Shown here one piece after another: positions 40,385-52,569 of a DNA stretch of 64,000 bases. The notes below the pieces were generated by a model. It was not told the DNA's origin. It ran no database searches and saw nothing but the letters and a program-made list of their open reading frames with translations. The DNA is from Octopus vulgaris. Taxonomy: Eukaryota. The stretch is taken from positions 33,976,001 to 34,040,000 of the forward strand of contig OX597830.1 of NCBI GenBank assembly GCA_951406725.2, read 5' to 3'. The translations under genes and the position numbers were made by a program. Position 1 is the stretch's first letter. The number at the start of each line of letters is the position of its first letter.

Positions 40385-41438
40385 CCGCGAATGGCACTGT
40401 GAGTGTTGCATTGCTCCCAAGCAACTATGCTGTCCTGGGTCGACCATGAGCGACTTTATCACAGCGAAAGCATTCTATAGGGGATTAGTGGAGGATAGGT
40501 ACGATGACGATCTCGGGCAAGCCTGGGCATCGACGAGGAATACCCGACCTGCCTGTTCAAGATGACTTTTGGGCCAGGACCTATGGACAACTTCCAGAGA
40601 TCCCTGGCCTGGCAGTGATATTGAGAAGCGTTATCCGTTCGGGATAAGCTCTTCAGGCATGGCTCGAGAAACACAAGGCCCGACCTGTCTGAGATGCGGT
40701 CAGAGCAATGAAACCATCCTGCATGCACTCATACAGTGTCAAACCATTTCTGACCTGTGAGCCTATGTCGAACGACTGTTATCGTGGGTGGGATGAGTTG
40801 GTTTATCAACCGAGTCTATCGTGAATATTGTCGTGCCTCCTTCCTTGAAACGGGAAGGAAGAGCCATTTTCATCGTACTTGTGGCTATGGCAAAAGAACG
40901 TGTATGGTGGATGCATCTGAAAAGTCTAGTGACAAACACTTTTCTCTCTGGTCAATCTCTCATCAACTTCTTCAAGTATCACTTGAAGAGGAAGTTGAGA
41001 GTAGAGAGGGAAGTTTTGTCAAGTGCATGCATCAAAAGAAGATGGGTGAATGTACCAAGGATGGTACGTGTGAATGATGGAGCCAGCTTGAGCATTATCC
41101 TATGAACACCCCCAAAAAAACAAAAGGAAAAAAGAGAGCCACTTACTGTAATGTGTTTTCTTTTGCATGACACTATTGCCCAAGGTTCCCATGGTCTTTT
41201 CCGTAGGCTTTTCTATCCATGGACAAACCTAATCTGTTTTCCCTTTTTACATTGACATTTCTGTGATACATGATCCCGATTGATTGGCCCCAGTTTTTTT
41301 TCTTTTCATGATCCTTTTTCATTGAAATTCGACCCCCTTTATTTATTTTATTCCTTCTCTTCTTCCCAAAACGAAAAGAAAGCTCTACTTTGAATTTTTC
41401 CCTTCTGTGTTCAGCCCTGCGTGGCCAATAAAGAAATC
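40385..41438 (+). mobile_element. 5'-truncated Tx1/L1-type LINE with 18-bp target-site duplication
   Basis: zf-RVT-like CLRCGQSNETILHALIQC; AATAAA near the 3' end; TATTACCAGCTAATAGCA at 40367-40384 and 41439-41456. Confidence 0.85.
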
Positions 41439-41487
41439 TATTACCAGCTAATAGCAACTAGATCTTTAGGAGGAAAACTGATACTCT

Positions 41488-41887
41488 TTTACTCTTTTAC
41501 TTGTTTCAGTCATTTGAATGCAGCCACGCTGGAGCACCGCCTTTAGTCGAGCAAATCGACCCCGGGACTTATTCTTTGTAAGCCCAGTACTTATTCTATC
41601 GGTCTCTTTTGCCGAACCGCTAAGTGACGGGGACATAAACACACCAGCATCGGTTGTCAAGCAATGCTAGGGGGACAAACACAGACACACAAACATACAC
41701 ACATATATATATATACATATATACGACAAGCTTCTTTCAGTTTCCGTCTACCAAATCCACTCACAAGGCATTGGTCGGCCCGGGGCTATAGCAGAAGACA
41801 CTTGCCCAAGATGCCACGCAGTGGGACTGAACCCGGAACCATGTGGTTGGTAAGCAAGATACTTACCACACAGCCACTCCTGCACCT
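41488..41887 (-). mobile_element. SINE, dominant family (CpG-rich, young-looking copy)
   Basis: Reverse-complement match to 2110-2505 with many CpGs retained. Confidence 0.88.
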
Positions 41888-42040
41888 ATACTGAATATAT
41901 AATAGAATATGAAAGTTGTAAATGATATATTGGGTGACTGCAGCTACAAAGATGCATGGTATTTGAAGTAGTCTGGAAGTGTATTTAGTTTTCTTTATAG
42001 CTGATATCTTGTAAAGATGCTAAAAGTTGCTGTGGTTTAA

Positions 42041-42261
42041 CACTTTTGTTACTGTATTTATTTTGAGATGCTCTGTGTTTCTTTCAATTATTTTAAATAC
42101 AACAAAGAATTTAGTAAAATAACTTAGTTATCATTCAACTAGTGTTAGGAACATAAATTGTGACTAAGGTTTAGTAGAAGATTTTAATTCAAAACTTATG
42201 AAAACAACACGTTTGTACTACAGAACCAGAGCCGGTTTCAGCCGGGTTGATAATGAAAGGG
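42041..42261. mobile_element. piggyBac-type MITE with TTAA target duplication
   Basis: TTAA|CACTTTTGTTAC ... ATAATGAAAGGG|TTAA; homologous to 31692-31911. Confidence 0.85.
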
Positions 42262-43117
42262 TTAACTAATTTTGCTGCTCATTTCAGCTAAATATTTCTA
42301 ATATTTGTGATAGTTAGGAAAATATTTATTGATCAACTTATTCTGTATGTGGTCACACACACACACACACATTATGCACACATATGTGTGTGTGTATGCG
42401 TATATAATATATGTGTGTATGATATTAATAAAAATGTAAATAATGAACAGAAATGCTAATAAATAGTTATTTAAAAAAAAAAATTGGATGACTGTAAATG
42501 GGTGAATAAAAAAAAATAAAAGTAAAAGATTGTTAAAAAAAACAAACAAAGAAAAACATAAAAACATTATTAGATTTGTCTTTTCACTAACTATAATGTA
42601 AGTCTAATGGAATTAAAGTTGAAAATATTTGGGGGAAGTTTGAGAAGCGACTTGCTTTTTTTTCTCTTTCTAAATTTATGAACAATGGCTTATCTATAAC
42701 TAAATCAAAATTCAAATATATCATTCTCTATTTCCATTTTCCTTCTGGCCATCTTTAAAAAAAACGGTAAAAAAAAAAAAAAAAAAAATTTAATTCATAT
42801 CTTGTTCGCACACATTTTTTTTTTTTTTTCCTAAATTTCTTAATTAACAATCTTAGTTTTTTAGTTCTGCTTGACTGACCATAAATTCATATTACTGAAT
42901 GTAATTAGTTATTTTGATATCAGGCAAGTAAGTATTTTATGAAATATTTTTAAAAATGCTGGAATAATTATATAAATGTACCTAATTAAAGCAAATCGGT
43001 TTCAATCCTCAATGAATTTGCTAAAATTTCACCTGTGTTTCTTTTTCTTATTTTATTTTATTGTTGAGGGAAATGGTTTATTATCATACATTTTATCATC
43101 ATCATCATGATTATTAT

Positions 43118-43497
43118 AGGCACAGGAGTGGCTGTGTGGTAAGTAGCTTGCTTACCAACCACATGGTTCTGGGTTCAGTCCCACTGTGTGACACCTTGAG
43201 CAAGTGCCTTCTACTATAGCCTTGAGCCGACCAAAGCCTTGTGAGTGGATTTGGTAGATGGAAACTGAAAGAATCCCATCGTGTATGTATGTATATATAT
43301 ATATATGTATATATGTATATGTTTGTGTTTGTCCACCCACGATCGCTTGACAACCGATATTGGTATGTTCGTGTCCCAGTAACTTTGCAGTTCCGCAAAA
43401 GTGACCATTAGAATAAATACTAAACTTACAAAGAATAAGTCTTGGGGTTGATTTCTTCCAGCATGGCCACTGTGAAATAACGGAAACAAATAAAAGA
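43118..43497 (+). mobile_element. SINE, dominant family
   Basis: Match to 2110-2505. Confidence 0.85.
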
Positions 43498-43696
43498 ATT
43501 ATTATTATTATTAATATTATTATTATTATTATTATGTACTAATGTGAATGTATTCAACTTGCCCTCTGCCACTAAAATTTCAAGACTTGTACCTATAGTA
43601 AAAAGCATCATTATTATTATTATCTTAAGAAGACTGGACATGAATCTAAGATTGGACATTTGCAAAGGCGTTACACACTAAATTATATCTGTATCT

Positions 43697-46035
43697 CTGT
43701 CTGTTTGCCTAAAGGGCTTCTTCCATTTTCTATCTGTTTGTCCAAAGTGCTTCTTCCATTTTCTGTCCGTTTGCCTGAAGGGCTTCTTGCATTTTCTGTC
43801 TGTTTGTCTAATGGGCTTCTTCCATTTTCTGTCTGTTTGCCTAAAGGGCTTCTTCTGTTTTCTGTCTGTTTGTCTAAGGGGCTTCTTCCATTTTCTGTCT
43901 GTTTGCCTAAAGGGCTTCTTCCATTTTCTGTCTGTTTGCCTAAAGGGCTTCTTCTGTTTTCTGTCTGTTTGTCTAAAGGGCTTCTTCCATTTTCTGTCTG
44001 TTTGCCTAAAGGGCTTCTTCCATTTTCTGTCTGTTTGCCTAAGGGGCTTCTTCTGTTTTCTGTCTGTTTGCCTAAAGGGCTTCTTCTGTTTTCTGTCTGT
44101 TTGCCTAAAGGGCTTCTTCCATTTTCTGTCTGTTTGCCTAAAGGGCTTCTTCTGTTTTCTGTCTGTTTGTCTAAGGGGCTTCTTCCATTTTCTGTCTGTT
44201 TGCCTAAAGGGCTTCTTCCATTTTCTGTCTGTTTGCCTAAAGGGCTTCTTCTGTTTTCTGTCTGTTTGTCTAAAGGGCTTCTTCCATTTTCTGTCTGTTT
44301 GCCTAAAGGGCTTCTTCCATTTTCTGTCTGTTTGCCTAAGGGCTTCTTCTGTTTTCTGTCTGTTTGCCTAAAGGGCTTCTTCTGTTTTCTGTCTGTTTGC
44401 CTAAAGGGCTTCTTCCATTTTCTGTCTGTTTGCCTAAAGGGCTTCTTCTGTTTTCTGTCTGTTTGTCTAAGGGGCTTCTTCCATTTTCTGTCTGTTTGCC
44501 TAAAGGGCTTCTTCTGTTTTCTGTCTGTTTGTCTAAGGGCTTCTTCCATTTTCTGTCTGTTTGCCTAAAGGGCTTCTTCCCTTTTCTGTCTGTTTGCCTA
44601 AAGGGCTTCTTCCCTTTTCTGTCTGTTTGCCTAAAGGGCTTCTTCTGTTTTCTGTCTGTTTGCCTAGGCTTCTTCCATTTTCTGTCTGTTTGCCTAAAGG
44701 GCTTCTTCCATTTTCTGTCTGTTTGCCTAAAGGGCTTCTTTTTTTCTGTCTTTGCCTAAGGGCTTCTTCCATTTTCTGTCTCGTTTGTCTAAGGGGTTTC
44801 TTCCATTTTCTGTCTGTTTGCCTAAAGGGCTTCTTCCATTTCCTGTCTGTTTGCCTAAGGGCTTCTTCCATTTTCTGTCTGTTTGCCTAAGGGGCTTCTT
44901 CCATTTTCTGTCTGTTTGTCTAAGGGGCTTCTTCCATTTTCTGTCTGTTTGCCTAAAGGGCTTCTTCCCTTTTCTGTCTGTTTGCCTAAAGGGCTTCTTC
45001 CATTTTCTGTCAGTTTACTTAAAGGGCTTCTTCCCTTTTCTGTCTGTTTGCCTAAAGGGCTTCTTTTGTTTTCTGTCTGTTTGCCTAAGGGGCTTCTTCC
45101 ATTTTCTGTCTGTTTGTCTAAGGGGTTTCTTCCATTTTCTGTCTGTTTGCCTAAAGGGCTTCTTCCATTTCCTGTCTGTTTGCCTAAAGGGCTTCTTCCA
45201 TTTTCTGTCTGTTTGCCTAAGGGGCTTCTTCCATTTTCTGTCTGTTTGTCTAAGGGGCTTCTTCCATTTTCTGTCTGTTTGCCTAAAGGGCTTCTTCCCT
45301 TTTCTGTCTGTTTGCCTAAAGGGCTTCTTCCATTTTCTGTCAGTTTACTTAAAGGGCTTCTTCCCTTTTCTGTCTGTTTGCCTAAAGGGCTTCTTCCCTT
45401 TTCTGTCAGTTTACTTAAAGGGCTTCTTCCATTTTCTGTCTGTTTGCCTAAAGGGCTTCTTCTGTTTTCTGTCTGTTTGTCTAAGGGGCTTCTTCCATTT
45501 TCTGTCTGTTTGCCTAAAGGGCTTCTTCTGTTTTCTGTCTGTTTGTCTAAGGGGCTTCTTCCATTTTCTGTCTGTTTGCCTAAAGGGCTTCTTCCCTTTT
45601 CTGTCTGTTTGCCTAAAGGGCTTCTTCTGTTTTCTGTCTGTTTGTCTAAGGGGCTTCTTCCATTTTCTGCCTGTTTGCCTAAAGGGCTTCTTCCCTTTTC
45701 TGTCTGTTTGCCTAAAGGGCTTCTTCTGTTTTCTGTCTGTTTGCCTAAAGGGCTTCTTCCCTTTTCTGTCTGTTTGCCTAAAGGGCTTCTTCTGTTTTCT
45801 GTCTGTTTGCCTAAAGGGCTTCTTCTGTTTTCTGTCTGTTTGCCTAAAGGGCTTCTTCCATTTTCTGTCTGTTTGCCTAAAGGGCTTCTTCCATTTTCTG
45901 TCTGTTTGCCTAAAGGGCTTCTTCCATTTTCTGTCTGTTTGCCTAAGGGGCTTCTTCCATTTTCTGTCTGTTTGCCTAAAGGGCTTCTTCCCTTTTCTGT
46001 CAGTTTACTTAAAGGGCTTCTTCCATTTTCTGTCA
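43697..46035. repeat. 33-bp minisatellite (AAAGGGCTTCTTCCATTTTCTGTCTGTTTGCCT)n, ~70 copies
   Basis: Direct periodicity. Scattered 1-3-nt indels shift the frames, so the overlapping ORFs are not credible proteins. Confidence 0.97.
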
Positions 46036-47209
46036 ATAGAAGTCACTAAGAATTCTCTAGAATTATGTCACTCAAGGAATAATTAATTCTTATTTTTAGA
46101 TTGTAGGCTGTCATTCAAGGGAGATGTGGTTATTGATTACAATATTTTCTGGTTATTGTGTTTAACCCCAGGTATTTAGTTCTTGGTTAGTCTAGTTATG
46201 ATCATGCTACTTTTATTTTTCCATTCATATTACATAAGGAGCTACATTTTTAAGATATTTGGGTGCAGTTTGAGGGAGATCTGATTGCTATAGCTAGGAG
46301 ATCAAGCAACCATTCCGGGGCACTTATGTTGTGTGTAAGAAAGCATATTATCAATTTGTAATGGTATTTATTTGAACCAACATTTCAAAAGTAGCAAACC
46401 AGCAATCAGTAATTTGATACACTAACAAGTTAGCTCTTAGGTGGTCACTCAGCCTGCTAGAAACAGAAGCCAAATCTCCCTTAAATTGCACTCATATAGT
46501 TTTAAATGTAAAAGAAAGTGGATCCTCACAGTAAGAAAATCCTTAATCTGTTGGATCAAGGCTAACCTGGGGTTAAACATCAGCAACAATGATTAAGCTA
46601 TTCTTTCATTAATATATCTTTATAAAAGGAAATATCTATAAATGAAACACGAACATGTTAAATACCAAGTTAATGAAAATAATATATTAGATAATCAAGA
46701 TGTCTTCCATATTATGATCGACATTTAATTGCTAATTAAATGTCTGAGACGACTTGTCATTATTGAGATTATAATTTTTGCAGACTATTAGATGAAAAAC
46801 CATTATTACCACCACCATCATCACCATCTTCCTCATTATCATCGCCACCATCACCATCATTTTTACGTCTACTTTCTATACTTGCATGGGTTAGATGAGT
46901 TGTTGCAGTCCAAGTTATTTCTTATTCAGATTCACCGTGCTTCTAGATAGACTAGCAGACCAAATTTCACTCAAAATCTTCCTTTGCCAGCCCTGATCAA
47001 ACCTATGCCAGCATGGACAACAAACATTAAATGATGATGATACATTATTCACATTATTTACATTTGATGGATATTTGTCCTCAGTGGAACCAAACTTTCA
47101 ATCAAGTATTTACTTGCAAATACAATCATGCTTACACCTACATATTTAAAATTATATTTTAATTTGTTTGGTTAAGAGGAAGGGGCCATACTCAAAGCTT
47201 CCACAGCTA

Positions 47210-47530
47210 TCACTGGCTGATGAGACAGACAGAGCTATTGTTTTTTTTATATATCCACAAGTTAATGACAGCAAATGGAACATGAACAGGTAAGGAATTC
47301 CACAGGGTGAGGTTCTGGAAAAGAAGGATTGGGTGTAGTAGTCGGTGAAAGGCCAATATAAGTGATGAAATTAAAGGAGAAGAGTAAGTCAGAAATGTCT
47401 GAAGGATTGAGGCATGGGAACAGTCAGATTCAAGGAGCAGTGATCCTTCTTGTTGTGTCAGAAAGACCAGATTCGAGATGATGGCATGTATATAGACTAC
47501 TGTTTGGAATTTACTGGCAAACAATTTCAA
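47210..47530 (-). mobile_element. Old CR1/Jockey-like LINE 3' remnant
   Basis: LWNSLPVHV..INL..YK terminal motif in a degraded frame. Confidence 0.45.
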
Positions 47531-47556
47531 AACGATATATATATATATATATATAT

Positions 47557-47755
47557 GTGACCTCGTGTGTACCGTTGGCGATTTTTTCCCTCTGTCTTCC
47601 CTTCTCTGGATCTTTCCTTCTCCTATGTTTCCGACAAAGAGCTCCACTCGAAACGTCAAACCCTCCTTCTTCCCTTCTTTCCTGAGCGTCCAATAATACT
47701 ATATCTGTTCCACGTCCTCGCGTTGTTGTGTTTTTTTGTGTTTTCTTGTTTGGAT

Positions 47756-47761
<6 letters not shown>
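47557..47761 (+). mobile_element. Short Penelope-pLTR-like repeat between TA tracts, with hammerhead-like core
   Basis: CCGACAAAGAGCTCCACTCGAAACGTC at 47631-47657; a related motif lies on the minus strand at ~52495-52525. Confidence 0.5.
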
Positions 47762-47801
<40 letters not shown>

Positions 47802-48032
47802 ATGTACAGAGAGAGTAGAAATGTGAGAAAGGTCTCAATAACACAGATAAACATACATACATGCATGCAGACATTTATTCAACAAATCTCATATGGAAAC
47901 ATGCCATATACAGGGGCTAAAAGCATTATGAATCAAAATGAGCTTCATGCTAATTTCTAGGGTCTTGAATATATTTTATTAATATCAGGAAATTCAGCAT
48001 ATGTTTCTGCAACTCTCTATCTCACCCAACTT

Positions 48033-48071
<39 letters not shown>

Positions 48072-48155
48072 CATGAGTGTGTGTGTATATATATATATAT
48101 ATATGAGTGTACATATACACATATGTATAGATACATATATATCTGCATATATAAA

Positions 48156-48197
<42 letters not shown>

Positions 48198-48429
48198 CCT
48201 ATACACACACACATATATATATATATGCATATATATGAATATGTGTATCTATGTGTACATGTATACGTGTGTATATATATATATATATATATGCATATAT
48301 ACATACATAATTATACATTACAGATGGTTGGGTCCACACATTTTTGATTTGCATCTTAGCCCTGTTGCTGCTGCTACTACTACTACTGCTACTATTACAC
48401 ATGCACAAACATATGCATATGCACACACA

Positions 48430-48470
<41 letters not shown>

Positions 48471-49049
48471 ACAGAGTACCTCTGTTTCTGTTTGAACACA
48501 TTTCTACACACATCTCTACCTGTTCCAACTGATAAATTCTTAGCAAAATCCTTTCAACTCAACATTTCTTCATTACTCATCATATCTGCTAACAGACAAT
48601 CCATTCTTGGCGTTTTCGCTGTGTGATCCGATAACAACAGGATCCAAGATCCAGATAGATTGGTGATATAGACATGGTAATAGTTCAGTTGCAAATCATT
48701 CACTTCTTTTGTTATTTTTATGTTTTTTCTTTTTCTTTTTGTTGTTGTTGTTGTTGTTGTTATTGTTCTTGTTGTTCAATTTTTAGTTTTGCATAATCAG
48801 CATCTTCCTCCCCACCTCTTCACCATCTTCTGTTTCTTTTTCTGCCTTCTTATTGTTTTCTTCTTCTTCTTCTTCTTCTTCTTCTTCTTCTTCTTCTTCT
48901 TCTTCTTCTTCTTCTTCTTCTTCTTCTTCCATTTTTCTTTTTTCTTCCTCTCATCATCATCAGCAGCAGCAGCACCATCATCATCTTTTCCTTTTATTCT
49001 CCTCCTCCTCCTTTTTCTCCTCCTTTTTCTACTACTTTTTCTTCTTCTT

Positions 49050-49123
<74 letters not shown>

Positions 49124-50062
49124 AGACAGTAGTGAGAGAGCTAGAGAAAGAGAGAGAGAGAGAAACAGTGAGAGAGACAGACTGACAGACAGTGAAAAGG
49201 GAGACCACTTGTTTAAGGGGATATGAAAAAAAATACATACATACCATCCATAGAAAGAGAAGGAGAGAGGGAAGAGAAAGAGACCAAAGAGAAGGAAAGG
49301 ATAAAAGGGAAAAAGGCTTGTAAGGTAGAAAAATTTACCTGTTGTTGAATCTAATGAATTAGGGATTTTATGTCTTGTTGGCTGATTGGATGGATGGAGA
49401 AATGGGTGAATGGATGGATTAGTCAATAGTGGAACAATGTTGTTGTTGTTGTTGTTAGTATCAGTGTCTTTAACCTTGTTGTAGTTGTAGCTGACTGGTT
49501 AAGTAGAAACAGATATTATGTTTCTGAAATAATACATTTCTAATGAACCAGGTGAAGGTAAAAAATAAATAAATAAATATATAATATAAAGCACAATAAA
49601 AAAAACATGGGTATCATGAATTTAAGATGCATTAAGATGCTCAGCTTTATTTTTAACATCATCCTCATCATCATTGTTGTCGTTTAATGTACACTTTCCA
49701 TGCTGGCATGGATTGGACAGTTTAACTGAAAATTGGTAAGCTAGGAGGCTGCATCAGGCTCCAATCTGATTTGGCAAACTTCCTACAGCTGGATGCCTTT
49801 CCTGATGCCAATGACTACAAGAGTGCTTTTTATGTCCCACCAGCACAGGAGCCAGTCAGGTGGCATGGGAGCCAGTCAGGTGGCATGGGAGCCAGTCAGG
49901 TGACACTGGTATTGGCCACACTCAAATGGTGCTTTTTACGTGCCACTGGCATGGGGGTAAGTCAGGCAGCACTGGCATCAGCCATGCTCAAATGGAGCTT
50001 TTTACATTCCACTGGTACAGGTGACATTCAGGTACAAATCCAAACCGCATCTTGTCTTTACT

Positions 50063-50757
50063 AACTCTCTCCCTAATTAGTTGGGTTATGACCCTCTCTG
50101 TGACTTTTGTCACCTGGTCCAATTATTTAATACCTCTCTAATTATTTCTATCTGAGATGTCACCTTTACCTTTGTAGCAGTTGACTATGGTGCTGCTACC
50201 AGTTGAGTATGACTCCTTCATGTATCACCGGGTTAACTTTTTGGGTGACTAGACTATAGCCTATACTGCCAGAGTTTTTGAGCATCTCAGCAGTGATTCC
50301 TGATGGGCCAGGAGCTTTCCCTGTCTCCATAACCTTAATTACTTTCTCTACTAAGGTACTGTCAATTCAGTTAGCTAGTTCCTCTGTTGGGTTGATATTT
50401 GGCAGACTCTCTTTCTCCTGTTCACTCTATTCATTTAGCAACCTTTGATAGTGGTGGTTTCAAGTCCCTCTCTGTGCGGCATCATTAAATGGAAGTGAGT
50501 CATCATCTATGTGGACATATTTCTTGCCTTTGACATTGCGATTTTCTCTCACACACTGTCTTGCAATTTGAAATACTTTAAGTCACTGGTCCTCATGACG
50601 CAGAACATTGGCAAATTTTTTCTTATCTGCTTCCTCTCTGGCTAAGTAAACCTTCTCCCAGCTTCCCTTCTGGCTATCTGATACAGTTCCCTGCTACCAC
50701 CACACTTCCAGTCCTTCCATGCCTGTCTCTTTTCCCTAATTGCCCTGTCAATATCTG
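50063..50757 (-). mobile_element. RTE-clade LINE internal fragment (linker / RT N-terminus)
   Basis: Minus-strand translation VEKVIKVMETGKAPGPSGITAEMLK, with stops and frameshifts around it. Confidence 0.75.
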
Positions 50758-50858
50758 TCAAACTATGGATGTAGAATATAGTATGCATGCATATATAAAA
50801 TATAGAATTTATGTAAATATATCACTCAGCATGTGGAATTACATATCCATATATATAT

Positions 50859-51151
50859 AAAGGTATAATGAATGAATAGTCCAATCGGTGAAAACAACTT
50901 TATATCATTCCCAAATTATAAAAATCGAATATAAATATATATTAAAATAATAGGGCACCCAATGGGGAAACCCAATAGTATAAAATATACACATATACAT
51001 GAATAATTCGTGTGTATGTGTATATTTGATACTGTTGGGATTTACCATTACCTGCCCTATTATTTTAATATATATTTATATTTGATTTTGATAATTTGGG
51101 AATGATATAAAATTGTCTTGACTGATTGGAATGTTTATTCATTATACCTTT
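50859..51151. repeat. Fold-back inverted repeat (~145-bp arms, centre ~51005)
   Basis: AAAGGTATAATGAAT...CATGAAT a ATTCGTG...ATTCATTATACCTTT; arms complementary with scattered mismatches. Confidence 0.9.
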
Positions 51152-51261
51152 CAATTTATTTCTCCTTTCACCTCGGTGTCACCTAAGGACTTCCAAATGC
51201 AGTCCTATATTTATATTTGTGCTTTAGTTAAATGAAGTTATAAAATTATACTCTTATATAT

Positions 51262-52020
51262 GACGCGACCTTTCATGTACATGTTGCTAAACTGGCAATG
51301 AAATGTAGACGGCTGGCTGGATGGATTCTTAGAACCTTTAGAACAAGAGAACAAGAAACCATGATGGTCCTCTGGAAGACACTTGTCCTAAGCCACTTTG
51401 ACTATTGCTCTCAGCTATGGCCACCATCCAGTGTCAAGTTGATCACAGAACTTGAGGTGATCCAACGAAGCTACACGAAGAAGATAGCCTCTGTGCAGCA
51501 TATGAGCTACTGGGAAAGACTCAAGAGATTAAAGCTCTATTCCCTGGAGCGTAGGCGAGAAAGATATGCCATAATATATATCTGGAAGATCCTGGAAGGA
51601 CTTGTCCCAGACTTTGGCATCGAGAGTCACACAAATGCCAGAACCGGACGCCACTGCGTAGTACCAAGGACTCCAAATTTGCCATCAAGATGTAGGACAA
51701 GATATTGTGATAGCCTGGGCTTCAGAGGCCCACAGCTCTTCAATATCCTCCCGAAGAACCTGAGGGACCTGCATGGTGTAGATGCGGATGTCTTTAAAGT
51801 AGGACTGGATCTCTTCCTGTCAGGTGTCCCGGATGAACCAACTTCACAGCAGGAGGTGCAGATGAGGGCAGCTGCATCGAACTCTCTCATGCATCAGATG
51901 GTGTTTGCTAAAAAGCATTCGTGAGGTAAAATCGTGTAGCAAACCAAATGGTGGTGCCCCAGCATGGCCACAGCTCATTAGCTGAAACTGGAAAAATCAA
52001 AATCAAATCAAAATCAATCA
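51262..52020 (+). mobile_element. CR1-type LINE 3' fragment (208-aa open ORF2 C-terminus) with (AAATC)n tail
   Basis: LVLSHFDYCSQLW, LEVIQR, SYWERLKRLKLYSLERRRER, FNILP..LR motifs (ORF 51298-51924); short tandem tail. Confidence 0.85.
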
Positions 52021-52187
52021 TATATATATATATATAGGTTATGAGAGATAATGATGTCAGTGTGACCCAAAGGTGTCAAGTAATGCTGAATAAGTGCTAT
52101 GGATAGACCATAGTTGAGTTCCAGGTTTGGTGATTATGCAAATAAGGGGTCCAACGTAGATCATATAACAGCGTGTGAATATAAACA

Positions 52188-52376
52188 TTTTTTTTCCATG
52201 AGTTAAAAAACCAAGGCTGTGTAGATTTTAGATTTATTAGTAGAAGGTCTTACAGCTGTTTCTAGGATATTTATGAAGGGATATAAGGAATATCCTAGAA
52301 GCTGCTGTAAGACCTTCTATCTGTAAATGTTCTAAAATCTACACAGCTTTGGTTTTCTATCTCATTACGGAAAAAA
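52188..52376. repeat. Inverted repeat built from two Penelope pLTR 3' halves
   Basis: Arms carry ATATCCTAGAAACAGCTGTAAGACCTTCTA, the hammerhead GAAAC-AGCT-GUA half, exact in the left arm and degenerate in the right arm. Confidence 0.8.
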
Positions 52377-52569
52377 TTCATATATATAAATATATATATA
52401 AATAGTGAGAATTTATGAAAAAACAAAAGACAAAGATGGATGTATAAACAACAAACAGAAGTATTAGTTTAACGCTTGGGAAGTGAGAAAGTCTTTTATG
52501 TTTTGAGCTTACGCTCTTTGACAGAAAGGAACACAGATACAAAGAGAGAGAGAAAATCAAAAAGGTTTG

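Noticed and set aside
43660-46086. Long ORFs (302-444 aa) on both strands in the 33-bp array
   Set aside because: Several frames on both strands are open simply because the unit lacks stops in them. Frequent 1-3-nt indels break the frames, and there is no domain or splice context.
46100-46180. Candidate last exon of the CYTH gene (DCRLSFKGDVVIDY...)
   Set aside because: An acceptor is present but there is no convincing match to the THTPA C-terminal P-x-K-L..YL motif.
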